Shown here piece after piece: positions 1-12,939 of a DNA stretch of 64,000 bases (positions are counted from its first letter, which is position 1; each line of letters opens with the position of its first letter). The DNA is from the human T2T-CHM13v2.0 reference genome, Homo sapiens. A program made the translations under genes and the position numbers. The DNA lies in NCBI RefSeq assembly GCF_009914755.1, contig NC_060929.1; one strand, given 5' to 3'. The notes under the pieces are model-generated. The model did not search any database, was not told the DNA's origin, and was given only the letters and a program-made list of their open reading frames with translations.

Positions 1-189
1 TCTGTTTTAGATAGATGCTAGTTAATTATCATGTACATAGGGATCTTTAAACATTTGGAGTTTTTGAGTAAAGACACATTGATTGGAACTTGGCTAAAGC
101 CATTTCAGCCCCTTGGAGAGTTGTAATGACAGTTCTTTTTGTTTAGAAATCTATCATTTTCATGTCTTTCTCTTATTTTCTTATTGCAG

Positions 190-277
190 GGTAATGCCCT
201 GTACTTCAAGTCTGCCAGAAATGTTACAGTGAACATTCTCAATGACCAGACTAAAGTGCTAACTCAGCTTATAACAG
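190..277 (+). CDS. SGCD: Delta-sarcoglycan internal coding exon (exon 5, ~c.295-382), [29 protein letters not shown](G)
   Basis: Polypyrimidine tract + TTGCAG acceptor (AG 188-189), donor CAG|GTAAGA (GT 278-279). 88 nt, phase 0 to 1. Peptide recognised as delta-sarcoglycan and includes the NVT N-glycosylation sequon. It lies within the 139..339 ORF of the track. Confidence 0.97.
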
Positions 278-1695
278 GTAAGAAAAGGGAGAACTTAACA
301 GTGCCTAGCCCATGCGAGGCACTCAGAATACAGAATTAATGGTCAAAGGAAACACCATATGAACCTGAAAATAAAGTGTGCTAACACATTGTTGAGAAAG
401 AGAATGTAGCATGTGTTCCATGATTCTACTAGAGGGTAGAATCCCATCCGTACACATATTAAACTTATGAAATCTAATGATACCTACTTAGTGGGGTAAG
501 AAAAAAAATTTTTCTAAGCAGATTTTCATAGAACATGGCCCCTAAATATAAACCAGCTGCTTCATCAGGTGCTCAGCCAAAGAAAAGCTTCTTGCTCCAA
601 TGCTGGAGGAAAAACAGGCTGTGTTGGATTGGTTGAGAGAAGAATGCAGTATCTATAAAGCCAGGGACCATACTTTATGGGCTGTGAAAGGGATTTTTAA
701 CTATAGTTTGAACCCATGCCATATTTGCTGTACGTGCTGACTTTGAACCTAACTCAATTGCAGGATGTGGATGTATCTTTACTGAATATGTTTGTGTGTA
801 ATTTCTTTTAATACAGCAGATCTGTGCCTAACGGCTGTGGAAAGCACCCACTGTGTTTTAAACTACAAATTCCTGAAATCTAAACAAGGACTGGTTATTC
901 ACAATAATGATTATAATGATAAACATGGACCTCGTGATTTGGTAACGTGTTGAGCAGCACAATCAATGCCCACTCTGTAAGCAGTGAACAGGGAGGCATT
1001 ATGCACCCCCACAGTGGAAGGGAAAAGGAATGTATGTATGAATGGCATTGTTATACTTACAGACAGAAAATGCCATTTGTTTGGCTTCAGGGCTAAAAGT
1101 AAAGTATACGGATGGACATTTTGAGAAGCCAGTTACCCAAATGCCTCGAAACATTACTGTTATTGTGAATAAAATATCTGGAACCCACTAATAAGCCATG
1201 GGGAAACAGGTACCTTTGTGACCATAGTCTTCACTCCTGGGGAGGGAGCCTCACTCCCACTCTTCCCCTGGAGTGCTGCATGTAGATGTCTAGAGATTCA
1301 TAGCCAGTGGGTGACTTGGACCATCTGCCAATCAAGAAACTCAGGGATTGAAGGAACTGCTGCCCGGCAGAGCCCATAATCCATAAACATGTTGTTTCAG
1401 CGTGTGACTGGATCTTCCACCTTGCTTATATAACATCTGGCCCACAGTCACAATGCTAAATAATTAAATAAACAGCTTCAGTAAGCAATGATTTAAGCAG
1501 CGTGTGTGAAAATTGCCTCCAGGAGGGTAATAAATCCAACCTCCAGCTCCCAGATTTTCACATTCAAAAGGAACTTATTTAGCCTGTTGATCATTTCCCA
1601 TTTATTTGTAGTGGGAGATTTGGTTTATTTGAGATTTTGTTTTGATAAATCTGGAACTGCCCAAATGACTATTATTCAGCAAAAGAGTGAGTCAG

Positions 1696-1925
1696 TCTCT
1701 TTTTTTCCCCCCACTCTTCCTCTCCCTTCTCTCCCTACCCTTCTGACACCCCTTTTCCCCTCCCCTTCAGTGCTTCTCTCCCTATTCCTTCCCCTCTCTC
1801 CTACCACCCCTTTATCCCTTTCCTTCCCCTTCTCTCTTCTCGTCTCTCTTCTTCTTCCTCTCTTCCCTTGTTTCTTCCTCCTTCTCCCTCCTCCTGTGTC
1901 ACTATTCTTGACTCTATCCCTCCAG
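1696..1925. repeat. CT-rich (polypyrimidine/polypurine) low-complexity tract
   Basis: About 230 bp of mostly C/T on the + strand. It produces the spurious ORFs 1506..1991 and 1676..1978. Confidence 0.9.
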
Positions 1926-2004
1926 TGGTATTTGGTATTTGTTTTCTGTCTCCCTATGATGAATTCTAGAGAAGACATTAGATATGTTTAAAACATCATT
2001 CTAA

Positions 2005-2028
2005 ACACACACACACACATACACACAT
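2005..2028. repeat. (CA)n microsatellite, interrupted
   Basis: acacacacacacacacatacacacat. Confidence 0.85.
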
Positions 2029-4009
2029 GCAACAATACACCCTTAAAAGTTTTCCTTCAATACTCTCCTTTTACATTACATTAATGCACACAGTGGAAAA
2101 GCACCCAGCCATCCCAGCAGACAATACCTTCTAATGCCTGTTGTGCTGGGTGCTGTACTTGTTGGAAAACAAATCACTCCTGTCTTCTAAGCAATGAGGT
2201 CTACAAAGGCTATCCTGAGGAATAAAGAATTCTGTTTACCTAAAGAATGTCTCAAAAACCCATTAGAAATTCTAATGTTAGATGTCCAGGAAGTCTTTTC
2301 ACAGGAAACAATACTTCACATGATAGTTAAGTTCTCAAATTAGATCACGAATGCCTATTTGACCATAAGGCAGGCTGCTGATTTAGTATCTCAGTAGTGG
2401 GTCTGAATGGGGAACCCTCCCACCTACATGGAGGAAAGCAGTGGAGATGCTTTGGACAGCATCATGAGGGAGTGGGGAAGGGTTCTAGTGTTAAGAGAGT
2501 TGGGAAGAGAAATTAGGCTTGAAGGCCACCAGGCCTTTGCACCTCCCAGACTCATGGAGACTGTTGATGCATTTTGATGGGGCTCCAGTTCTCCTCCCTG
2601 TTTAGGAGATTAATTAAGGAGGCACTCCACACATAGACTACACAGAGGGGGATTAATTCAAGATTAGTTTCACATTAGGAATAGTGGTTTTTTTCTTCCC
2701 AGAGAGGAACAATGAGTTCAACATGTGACCTCCTGAGCTGTCTCCAGCTCCATTTGCATTTTTCTCTAGAGTCATTTTTAAGGATTCCAGCCATGTCCAG
2801 GGAATTTTGCAGCCTCAGGTGAAATCAACAAAGGACAAGCCATCTGCACCACTGAGCCAGCAGTTGCTCTGTGGGGTTTTGGCTAAAACTACCAATTACT
2901 GAGCTTCAGATACCCAAAGGGTTGTGGCTCTTGGTGAATTCCACTTTATGTTCTGTGAAGCCCTGAAAAGCAAGATAGCTTAATTGTACTTTGTGTTCTC
3001 TGATTGCTGAAGCATACTTTCTATACTGCTATAGTCCTTTAGTATATGCTTCTGTATGTCTCACAGCTGTTCATGAATTCAAAGTAACACAGGAAGGTGT
3101 CCTTAACTCCTCAGGGACCAGGATGATGATATTGCCCAGGTCCACAGAGAAGTCCAAGCATGTGTGTCCCCAAGTTATACAACTGCTTTTTTATATGAAT
3201 GGAACAAAAATGGGCAAACTGCTCGCCCTGTGCCCATCCTGAGGTCATTCATTCATTCGTTAGTACTTCATTACCTTCCCATTCTCAATCTCCCTCCTCA
3301 CAAAAATAAAGTAATAACCCTAAAGCACTGACAATATAATATAGATTTTATTCAAGGTTTTGATGCCATCAAGAAGATAGCTACATCTTAGCCTTTGCAG
3401 AAAAACTGAAGCCAAATCCCTCATTGGACATCTCAGCTCTTTCAAGATTTCCTTCTGGCCCTTGTCTCCAGTTTTCTATTTCTCCTTCTCCTCACAGATC
3501 TTATTTCCTGGCTCTTCCAGATGTGCTGGCCCCAGCTCCCTTCTCCTTCCTAGACAAATAAATGCCCCTTTCCTTCTGTGGAATAATTCTCAGAGCTCCA
3601 TTCCAGACTGAGACCTGCCATTGTCTCTAACCTTGCGAGAGCCCTCCGCCTTGCCCCCATTTGTTCTCCTCATCTGCAGCATCAAAGTGGTCAGATAAGA
3701 TGACTTCCGGGTTCCATCATGCTTGGAAGTGCTGTCCTATCTCTGCTGTTTCAATCTCCTACTCATTAGGGAGCCTTTCCAATGTCCTTCTTTGTGTTGG
3801 AGGGCTGGTGTGGACACACTGGCAAGGGATGAGGTCTGCTTAATAGATGTGATTATGTGAGTAAGGAGAGTGCACTAATAAGTACTCATCATGCATTCTT
3901 TTCCACGTGTTGTCCCATTGCAGTAGAATGGCGACATCCACAAGAGTGGTGATGTCCACAGGAGTGGTTTCCTACACTCACAGCACTTTACCACCCATAG
4001 ATTTCTTTT

Positions 4010-4210
4010 TATAAACACAATGTCATTTGATTCTTTCAAACTTTCTATAACATAGATAGATACAGTAGGCAGTGATAGTCCAATGTTATAGATGCAGAAA
4101 CTGAGGTTCAGAAAGATCAAATGATTTGCCCCAAATCATGTTATCACAGAATAAGAATGAGTTGGGAAATAATTCATGTCTTCTGATTCCTAGTCCGACA
4201 GTCTTGACAA
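4010..4210 (-). mobile_element. MIR SINE
   Basis: GAAACTGAGGTTCAGAAAG...TGATTTGCCCCAAATCA, the reverse complement of the MIR core. Boundaries approximate. Confidence 0.65.
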
Positions 4211-4249
4211 AGAGAAAAGCCACCCCAGATGCCCAGTGGCTGGTTGGCA

Positions 4250-4760
4250 CTATCAGCCCAGCCTTAGCATTCTCCTGCTTCAATGTAATTTTTCAGAACA
4301 CGCGCACCAGACAAGGCTGTTCAGTGGCCATGATGGATCAAGACAAAACAACACAAACACACAAACACAACTCTGGTCATGTGTGTACATAGCAAAACTA
4401 TCAACATTGTCCAGACCACAAAAAAGACCAAACATCCCCCTATCCTGGCTAATAAGAGTGACTCTGTTTCTTTATTCACCACATTTTTTGCATTTCCCTG
4501 GTCTGTCTTTGTTCTAGATAAGATTTACTCCCATTTTCTGATAGTATTTAATCCAGGGTAGAGCCTTATTTCCTTAAACGTTCCCCAAAATAAGCTAATA
4601 TAAGGTCACATTCTCTGATAAGTCCTTTCTCATGACTTCTTTCTGAGATGCCCTATGGTTTTCCTTATGGTGTGTGTTGTCCCTCACTGCAATGAGTAAT
4701 AAACCCAATTTGTTCAACAACAGGTGTGTTCCTAGTGGTCTTTGGCTGGAAGGCACTGGG
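4250..4760 (+). mobile_element. ERV1-class solo LTR (MER34/MER39-like)
   Basis: 3' end AATAAACCCAATTTGTTCAACAACAGGTGTGTTCCTAGTGGTCTTTGGCTGGAAGGCA resembles MER34/39 LTR termini. 5' boundary uncertain. Confidence 0.5.
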
Positions 4761-5820
4761 GACTCTCTCATTGCTATTTATTATTAAGTGACACTCTTTT
4801 GAAAAATACCAGAAAGAAAACAATTCCATGTCAGAATCTTCTGAACAATTTTGGAAAAAGTATAAGATTTCTAGACTCTACCCTCAAATTTTTTTCTGTA
4901 GGAACTTCTAGTTGAAAAGATGAATTTCTTTTGATCTGAGCTAGGTTCAGTGAGAATGATTATACTCCTGGATTATTCCTGTGTGTTTCTGTAGACCAGC
5001 TTTTGAGAACCCCATGAAATTTAGGTATTCAGGTAGATCCAGTAGATCCAGCTCAGATAGATTGGAATGCTTTCTTCTTTTAGAAATTCTAGCTCATCAA
5101 CCTGGTTTACTTTTTCCATGGTACCTAAATCTTTCTGCAGTTTTCTGGTTTAATAATAAAATTTTAAATGTATATTGGTGTGTCTCCATCAGAATATAGA
5201 TGCTATGGAATCGGGCTTGATTTCCTTGTGCAGTATTACAGCTCCACATTCAAGAACAGCATCTGTTGTCATCTGATAAACTATCTAAATTTAGTTTTCA
5301 CTGAACAAAATCCTAATATAAAAGATTGAACAACTTCTAAGGCAATTAATTACAGTAACCATTTCTGCTATGAAATGATCTGTATACTAAGGAAATAAAT
5401 TTCTCTTGGTGTCAAATGCAGCCAGTGGGTTAAGGGTACAAAGTTAAACACATTTCAGCTGAATTTTAAAAAGCTCTTTCTGATAATTAGGGAGGGCCAA
5501 AGATATGTGATTGTCTCGAGAAGTGTTGAGCCTCTGGTGCCTTGAGAAATGCAAGCAAAAATCCACAACTATTTGACAGCAATTTGGTGGTTAGCTGAGG
5601 GAAATCACAGTCAAGGATTAGTTTGGAGGAAGGGCTTGCTGGTCTTCAAAATTATAGCCCAAGAATATATTACTAAAAGTAATTGACAAGACCTGGCTAA
5701 AGTCATGAGACTGATTTTCATGGTCAGCTTTTGAAAACCAGTCCACTGAACATTGAAGTCTCATACAATCTTGTTAGATATGTGTGTTCTATGAAAAGCT
5801 TTTTGTAGTCAAAGCGATGA

Positions 5821-5890
5821 GACTAATGGTGTTTTCTCTCTCTCTCTCTCCTCTCTCCTCTCTATCTCTCTATCTCTCTATATCTCTCAG
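5821..5890 (+). promoter_or_regulatory. Exon 6 3' splice site: candidate distal branch point (GACTAAT, A5826) followed by a (CT)n/(CTAT)n polypyrimidine tract
   Basis: No AG between 5822 and 5888. The only YTNAY match in this zone is CTAAT at 5823-5827. Confidence 0.6.
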
Positions 5891-6010
5891 GTCCAAAAGC
5901 CGTAGAAGCTTATGGTAAAAAATTTGAGGTAAAAACTGTTTCTGGAAAATTGCTCTTCTCTGCAGACAATAATGAAGTGGTAGTAGGAGCTGAAAGATTA
6001 CGAGTTTTAG
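5891..6010 (+). CDS. SGCD: Delta-sarcoglycan coding exon (exon 6, ~c.383-502), (G)[39 protein letters not shown](G)
   Basis: CT-rich tract + CTCAG acceptor (5889-5890), donor TAG|GTAAGG (6011). 120 nt, phase 1 to 1, in frame with the previous exon. Not in the ORF track. Codon TCT at 5959-5961 maps to Ser151. Confidence 0.97.
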
Positions 6011-6078
6011 GTAAGGAAACTTGAATCATTTAACTTGTTTGATGCTACTGTGTACATTTTAGAGGAGAAGCAAAATGG

Positions 6079-6431
6079 TGTTATGAACAGGATATGTCCT
6101 CCCAAAATTCATATATCGAAATCCTAACTCCCAAGATAATGGTATTAGGAGGTGGAGCCTTGAGGGGTAATTAAGTCATGAGGGTTGAGCCCTCATGAAT
6201 GGGATTAGTGTCCTTCCAAGGGGATGAGAAGACCAGAGATCCCTCTCTGACATGAGAGGGTACAAGAAGTCAGCAGTCTGCAACCTGGAATAGGAGCCTC
6301 ACCAGAACCTGACCAGGCTCGTATCTGATCTCAGACTTTAAGCCTCCAGAACTGTGAGAAATCAATTTCTGTTGTTTATAAGCCACCCAGGCTATGGTAC
6401 TTTGTTACAGCAGCCTGAACTGACTAAGACA
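6079..6431 (+). mobile_element. MaLR solo LTR (MLT1A/MLT1A0-like)
   Basis: TG...CA termini and 5-bp TSD AATGG (6074-6078 / 6432-6436). Typical CCAAAATTCATAT...GCCTCCAGAACTGTGAGAAAT motifs. Starts only 68 bp after exon 6. Confidence 0.85.
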
Positions 6432-6673
6432 AATGGTGTCTAGAAGAGTGATTTAGGCCAGTTTCCTGGATTCTTTTAAAGCAAGGCAGTTGAACCTCCC
6501 TGAGTCTGGTCCCCTAGTGGAAATTTCTCAAGCTGTCAAGTCTTTTTGGCACATCTTTCAACACTGAGCTTTGTGTGAAAATGAGTGCTCATCCAAAGAA
6601 GTCTCATTTAGAACATCCTGTACTCACAGACTGGCAGGCGTGCTTGACGCATTCCAGACTTGCATACATGATG

Positions 6674-6840
6674 CAGTGATTCCTAAACCTGGTTGCAACT
6701 GAAGAATCATCTAGGAAACTTTGGAAGGGTTTAGGTTCATAGTTCCAACTCTGATTTACTGAATTAGAAGCTATGGTGAAAACACTGAGAATTCGTTATT
6801 AAAAATATTTGCAGAAATTTCTATGATCCCACTGTTGGAA
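6674..6840. mobile_element. MER5-like hAT MITE fragment
   Basis: CAGTGATTCCTAAACCTGGTTGCA...GAATCATCTAGG...TACTGAATTAGAA resembles MER5. Confidence 0.5.
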
Positions 6841-6894
6841 TTATTGAATTTGAGCACATAGCAAATGAATCTTTTATGGCTGTATGCTGAAATG

Positions 6895-7490
6895 ATCTAG
6901 CATGGTGATTTAAGGATCCTAGAACTCCAGCTGACCGGGTTTTTAATTCCTGCTGTCACCCACTAGTTTTGTGACTTTGGGCAAGTTGCTGGCATCACTG
7001 AGCCAGTTTCCTTTTCTGCTCAATAAGGCTAAGAACATCTCCCATCTTGAGTTGTCCCTAAGGTTAAATGAGACTCTGTTACATCCACTTATCAGAGCCC
7101 CTAGCACAAAATAGTGCTCAGTCAACAGTAGGTGCTGCTGCTGCTGTTACTACTTATACTACTATTACTATTAATGCTAATTCTACTTTTCCTTCTTTAG
7201 CTCCCTGAGATTCACTGTAGCATAGTGATTAAAATCTCAGGCTCTAGAATTAGCCTGTTTTTAACCCAATTTCTATCCTTTGCTAGCTGTGTAACCTTAA
7301 GCAAAGTATCTAATCTCTCTGTGCCTGCTTGCTTACCTGTTTATAAAATTGGTATAATAGAAGTATCTATCTTCTGAGACTGCTAAAAAGATTGAATGAA
7401 ATCATCTATGTAAAGTACTGAGTTGGCTAAAATACTAAGTGTCCAATAAGTGCTAGGTGTTATCATCTTAAATTATTAGTATTATTATAA
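6895..7490 (+). mobile_element. Two tandem MIR SINEs (~6895-7140 and ~7215-7490)
   Basis: GTGACTTTGGGCAAGTT and GCTGTGTAACCTTAAGCAAAGT...CTCTGTGCCT MIR core motifs. Confidence 0.7.
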
Positions 7491-8236
7491 GGTACGTTTA
7501 CCTGAAATTATATTTATCTCTGCATTATTATTTGCACTTTGCATCTTCTTTATCTTCCATTACTCCTGTATTTTTTCTTGGTCTTTACCTCCTCCCACAG
7601 TCAGCTTGTCTGGTCTATTTCTCTCTTCCTCTCTCAGTACACATACATGTCTAATTTCCTTTCTGGATGACTCTTAGAGCTTCATCTCCAGTCTGGTATC
7701 TTCCTTGAATTCTGGATCTTCTTTATCTGGATATTCTGCCAGCCTCTCAAATTCAGTGGATCTTGAATGCCTATCATGGTCAAATGCACGCATATGTACA
7801 TGTGTGCATATATATTCCATCACCTCACCCCCGACTCTCCCACTTGTATTTGCCCCTGACTTCCTTAACACTCTTACTGTCCCCATTATACTGTCCTGTC
7901 CCAGTCTCATCCTGGCCATCATGAGCTCAGCATAGTCAAAAGATGGAAGTGACCATCCTTATGGGGCTTAATGGAGGCAAAAATGCAGGGTGCAGAGATG
8001 ATAAAGCCAGGTGCAGTCTAATCCCTGGTCAGTGGTTTATGTGTGGCATGATCTGAAACAACTCCCTTTTTCTTTCAGGGCCTTGCTTTTTTATATCTGT
8101 AAAATTAGAGTTACCTAGAGAAGATATTTTTATACAATGTTTTCCAGTGACCAAAGCTTTTAAAAATAAAATTTCATACATAGTCCCAATAAATAAAATA
8201 GATGAAAGACCAAGATTTCTCTGGGTTGTAGGCGAG

Positions 8237-8589
8237 TATATTAGTCTGTTCTCACCCTGCTAATAAAGACATACCCTAGACTGGGTAATTTATAAAGAAA
8301 AAGAGGTTTAATGGACTGACAGTTCCAAATGGCTGGAGAGGCCTCACAATCATGACAGAAAGCAAAGGAAGAACAAAGACACATTTTACATGGAGGCAGG
8401 CAAGAGAGCACATGCAGGAAAACTGCCCTTTATGCAACCATCAGATCTCATGAGACTTATTCACGATCATAAGAACAGCCTAGGAAAAAACCCACCCCTA
8501 TGATTCAATTATCTCCAACTGGGTTCATGGGACTATGGTTGCTACAATTCAAGATCAGATTTGAGCGGAGACACAGCCAAACCATGTCG
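8237..8589 (-). mobile_element. THE1 (MaLR) solo LTR
   Basis: TATTAGTCTGTTCTCA...GAGACACAGCCAAACCATGTC is the reverse complement of THE1. TSD GCGAG/GTGAG differs by one CpG transition. Confidence 0.88.
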
Positions 8590-9220
8590 GTGAGGATTTG
8601 AAAGGGGAGACTTGAGACATTGGAGTCTTAGTATAGTTTGATTCTTTTCCCCCTCTGTGTCCTCTGGGGACTGCTTATAACTTATTTTTTAAAACCCCTT
8701 ATGTGGATACTCTTTTTATAAAAGGTCTATTGATTACTTGCTATGATTTAGGTACTATGCTTGATATGCAGTATTATATTTACACCTCAGAAACACCTTG
8801 TGGGGTAGACACCATTTTTATCACCCCTGTTTTACAGTTGACACAATTGAGCTGAGCCATAGGGAAAGGTGAACCAAAGCATGGCTGACAGCTAGAATTC
8901 ACAACCTGGCATGTTGGACATAGAGGGCTTTACCTTAAAGCCCTATACTTGCTGTGGCCTCTATCTGGTCTCATTTTCAGAAGGGGAACATTGCCCAAGA
9001 TCAAGTGCCAGTAAGTGGAAGGGCCCATGTTCAAATCCCTGCCTATAGACTCCAGCCTCGGTGCACTTCACTACATGTAAATATGTTCCTAAGACTTTTC
9101 CTATTTTCACAATTTATGCTTTCCTCTTTTTGTAGAAATGGCATTTTCTATTTTAATTCTTGGCTGGTGTGGAGGGAAACCCAGAGACTTCGAGCTATCC
9201 TCATGTTTAAGAGCACTTTG

Positions 9221-9590
<370 letters not shown>

Positions 9591-12500
9591 TCATTCTATG
9601 CAAGTGAATTTGGCACTTCCTGTTAATTCCTTGGTGCATCATGAGTCACTTCACCACTTTAAAATCTGACTTTGCAATGGCATAGGATAATTTTAAACGT
9701 CCAGACACTTTGGCTTAATCTTAACATCCAAAACTCTGTGATGGTATCACTTCAGAACTTAACCTCTACCCTACCCCACCCCCACATTCACTTAGACTGA
9801 AGACTGGGAAATGATTATAGGTTTTGGTCACTTCAAAGCAGGTGGGTATTTTCGTTGTTGTTTGCAGCTATGTTTGTGATATTTCATTTAGAGCATAATG
9901 TAGGATAAAATCTGTCTCTCTTCATCATTAGGAACATTTGCTTTTTTATGTGAAATGTAGAAAGGAAGCATCAAAATAAATATCACTGCTGCTGTCAATG
10001 CTAAAAAGACTTGGAAATGACCACCCCACAAATCTTGCATCAACCTACTCAGTGAAATGAGCCCAGTGGGTTGCAGAAATGAGCTTCTTATCAGCTGGGA
10101 TTCAGCCATATGGTGTGGAATGACAAGTCTAGGCAGTTTCATTTTCAGCATAATGAGAAGTTTGTCTTTTTGAGTCGTCAGACTGTATAAACTCTTGGGA
10201 GGTTTGAATCTGGTTGCACATTTCATGGTAGCATCTAACATAGCTGGGTTTTATCCTTATCAGGACCACTTAGGACCTGAGTGACCGTATTCAAGTATGT
10301 TTTCTCTCTAAGCTTTAGTTTCCATTTGTATAGAAAAAGAAAAAAAAATGGAAGGAAGAATGAATGACTATAATAAGAAATATAAGTAAATGCTATGTAA
10401 AAAGTCAATTATTTAAGTTGATAGCAAGTTGAGTAGAAATAAGCAGTAGAGACCTAAAAACATAATGTCTCTTACATGTAGTAGCTTTACTTGTGGATTC
10501 AGAACAATTTTAAAAATTTTTCTCTGGATAACCACACCCACCTATTCAGTTTTTAGGACAATGACAACCTTGAGCACATTCAAGGGATCTTGAATAGTAT
10601 GGTAAAAAGACTAGAAGCTCAATTATTTGGAAACTTTTATTCTGGAAAAGATATAGGAGGAATAAATGTAGGTAGGCTGTAGTCACTGAGCTCTCATACA
10701 TGCATGACTTTCCTGGGGAAAGCAGAGCAACCAAGAGCCATGCAGTTGAGTAATTAAAAACACAGGTTTTGTAGCTAACTATATATCCTGGTTTCTGTTG
10801 TAAGCTAGTGCTTTGGGTATGTTGCTTCATCGTTCTAGGGATCCTCTTATAACTCTGTGACATAGGGTAATAATGTTGGGTGCTCTGTGCTGTTGGGAGT
10901 ACTGAACTACACAGTGTGTGTAGAGTTAATAGTACAGTGTGTGGAACACAGTAAGCATTCAGTACATGCTAACTGGTGTTGGTGATGGATTTTTTTTTCA
11001 ATTGACACATTACAGGCAAACATACAATTTGATTTTTTGATACATCTCCATCATATAATGATGAAACTAAGGTAGTTAGCATATTCAACACCTTGTGCGT
11101 TTATCATTTCTTTTTGATGACAACATTCAAAAACCAGTCTTGTAGCTATTTTATAACATACAGTAACTTACTGTTAACTGTAGTCACCCTCCTGCACAAT
11201 AGAACACCAGAACTTATTTCTCCTATCTAAATGCAACTTTTATCCATTAACCAAACTCCCCAACCTTCTCTCCTCCATCCCCTCCCAATTTATGGTAACC
11301 ACCTTTCTATTCTCAACTTCTATTTAATATGAAATCAACTTTTTTAAAATTCCACATATGAATGAGATCCTGTGGTATTTTTCTTTGTATGTCTGGTTAT
11401 TTTACTTAGCAAAATGTCCTCTGGTTTGCCCATTTTGTCCCAAATGACAGAATATTATTCTTTTTATGGCTGAACAGTATTCCATTGTGTACACATAACA
11501 CATTTTCTTTATGTATTCTTTTTTATGTATTTCTTGTTGGCCATGTAGGTTGATTCCAAGTCTTGGCTATTGTGACTAGTACTGCAGTAAACGTGGAACT
11601 TAAGACATCTCTTTGATGTATTGATTTCATTTACTTTGGGTATATATCCTGTAGTGGGATTGCTGGATCATATGGTAGTTCTATTTTAATTATTTGTAGA
11701 GCCTCCTTACTGTTTTCTGTAATAGTTATACTTATTTATATTCCCACTAACCATGTTAAGGATTCCCTTTTTTTACATCCTCATCAATATTTGTTATCTT
11801 TTGTCTATTTGATAATACTCCTAACTGGAGAGAGATGGTATCTCATTTGCATTTCATTTATATTTAAATGGTTAATGATGTTGAGCATATTTTCATATAC
11901 CTGTTGAACATTGGTATGTTTTTGAGAAATATCTATTAAGATCTTTTGCCTATTTAAAATTGGATTATTTTGCTTTTTTGCTGTTCCTTTTGTATTCTAG
12001 ATATTAACTCCTGTCAGATGTATAGTTTGTCAACATTTTCTTCCATGTAGTTGGTTGTCTCTTCTTTCTCTTGTTTCCTTGGCTGTGAAAAAGCTTTTTA
12101 GTTTTATGTAATCCCATATTTTTAACTTTGTTGCCTGTACTTTTGAGATCTCACCTAAAAAATCCTTCCTTAGCCCAATATCATGAAGTATTTTCTCTAC
12201 GCTTTCTTCTAGTATTGTAGTTTTGGGTTTTACATTTACATCTTTAAATCCATTTTGATGTGATTTTTATATATAGTGAGAGGTAGAGGTCTAATCTCAT
12301 TCTTCTACATGTGGATATCCAATTTTCTGGCACCATTTATTGAAGAGACTATTTTTCCCCAATATGTGTTTTTATCAACTTTATGAAAAGGCAATTGGCT
12401 GTAGGTGAGTGAATTTATTTCTGGGATCTCTATTCTCTTCCATCGGTGTATGTGTCTACTTTTATGCCAAGTACCATGTTGTTTTGGTTATTATAGCTTT

Positions 12501-12597
12501 GTAGTATGTTTAGAAGTGCAATGCCTGCAGTTTAATTCTTCTTGCTCACAATTGTTTTGGCTATTTGGAGTCTTCTGTGGTTCGAGATGAATTTTAG

Positions 12598-12939
<342 letters not shown>

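Noticed and set aside
139-339. 66-aa ORF as a standalone gene
   Set aside because: Only 190-277 is coding (SGCD exon). The flanks are intron read in frame.
1506-1991. 161-aa and 100-aa overlapping ORFs
   Set aside because: They are by-products of the CT-rich low-complexity tract (L/P/S/F and R/G/E bias).
5033-5052. Short tandem duplications (GTAGATCCA x2; also TCCTAATG x2 near 36662)
   Set aside because: Ordinary slippage microduplications with no further structure.
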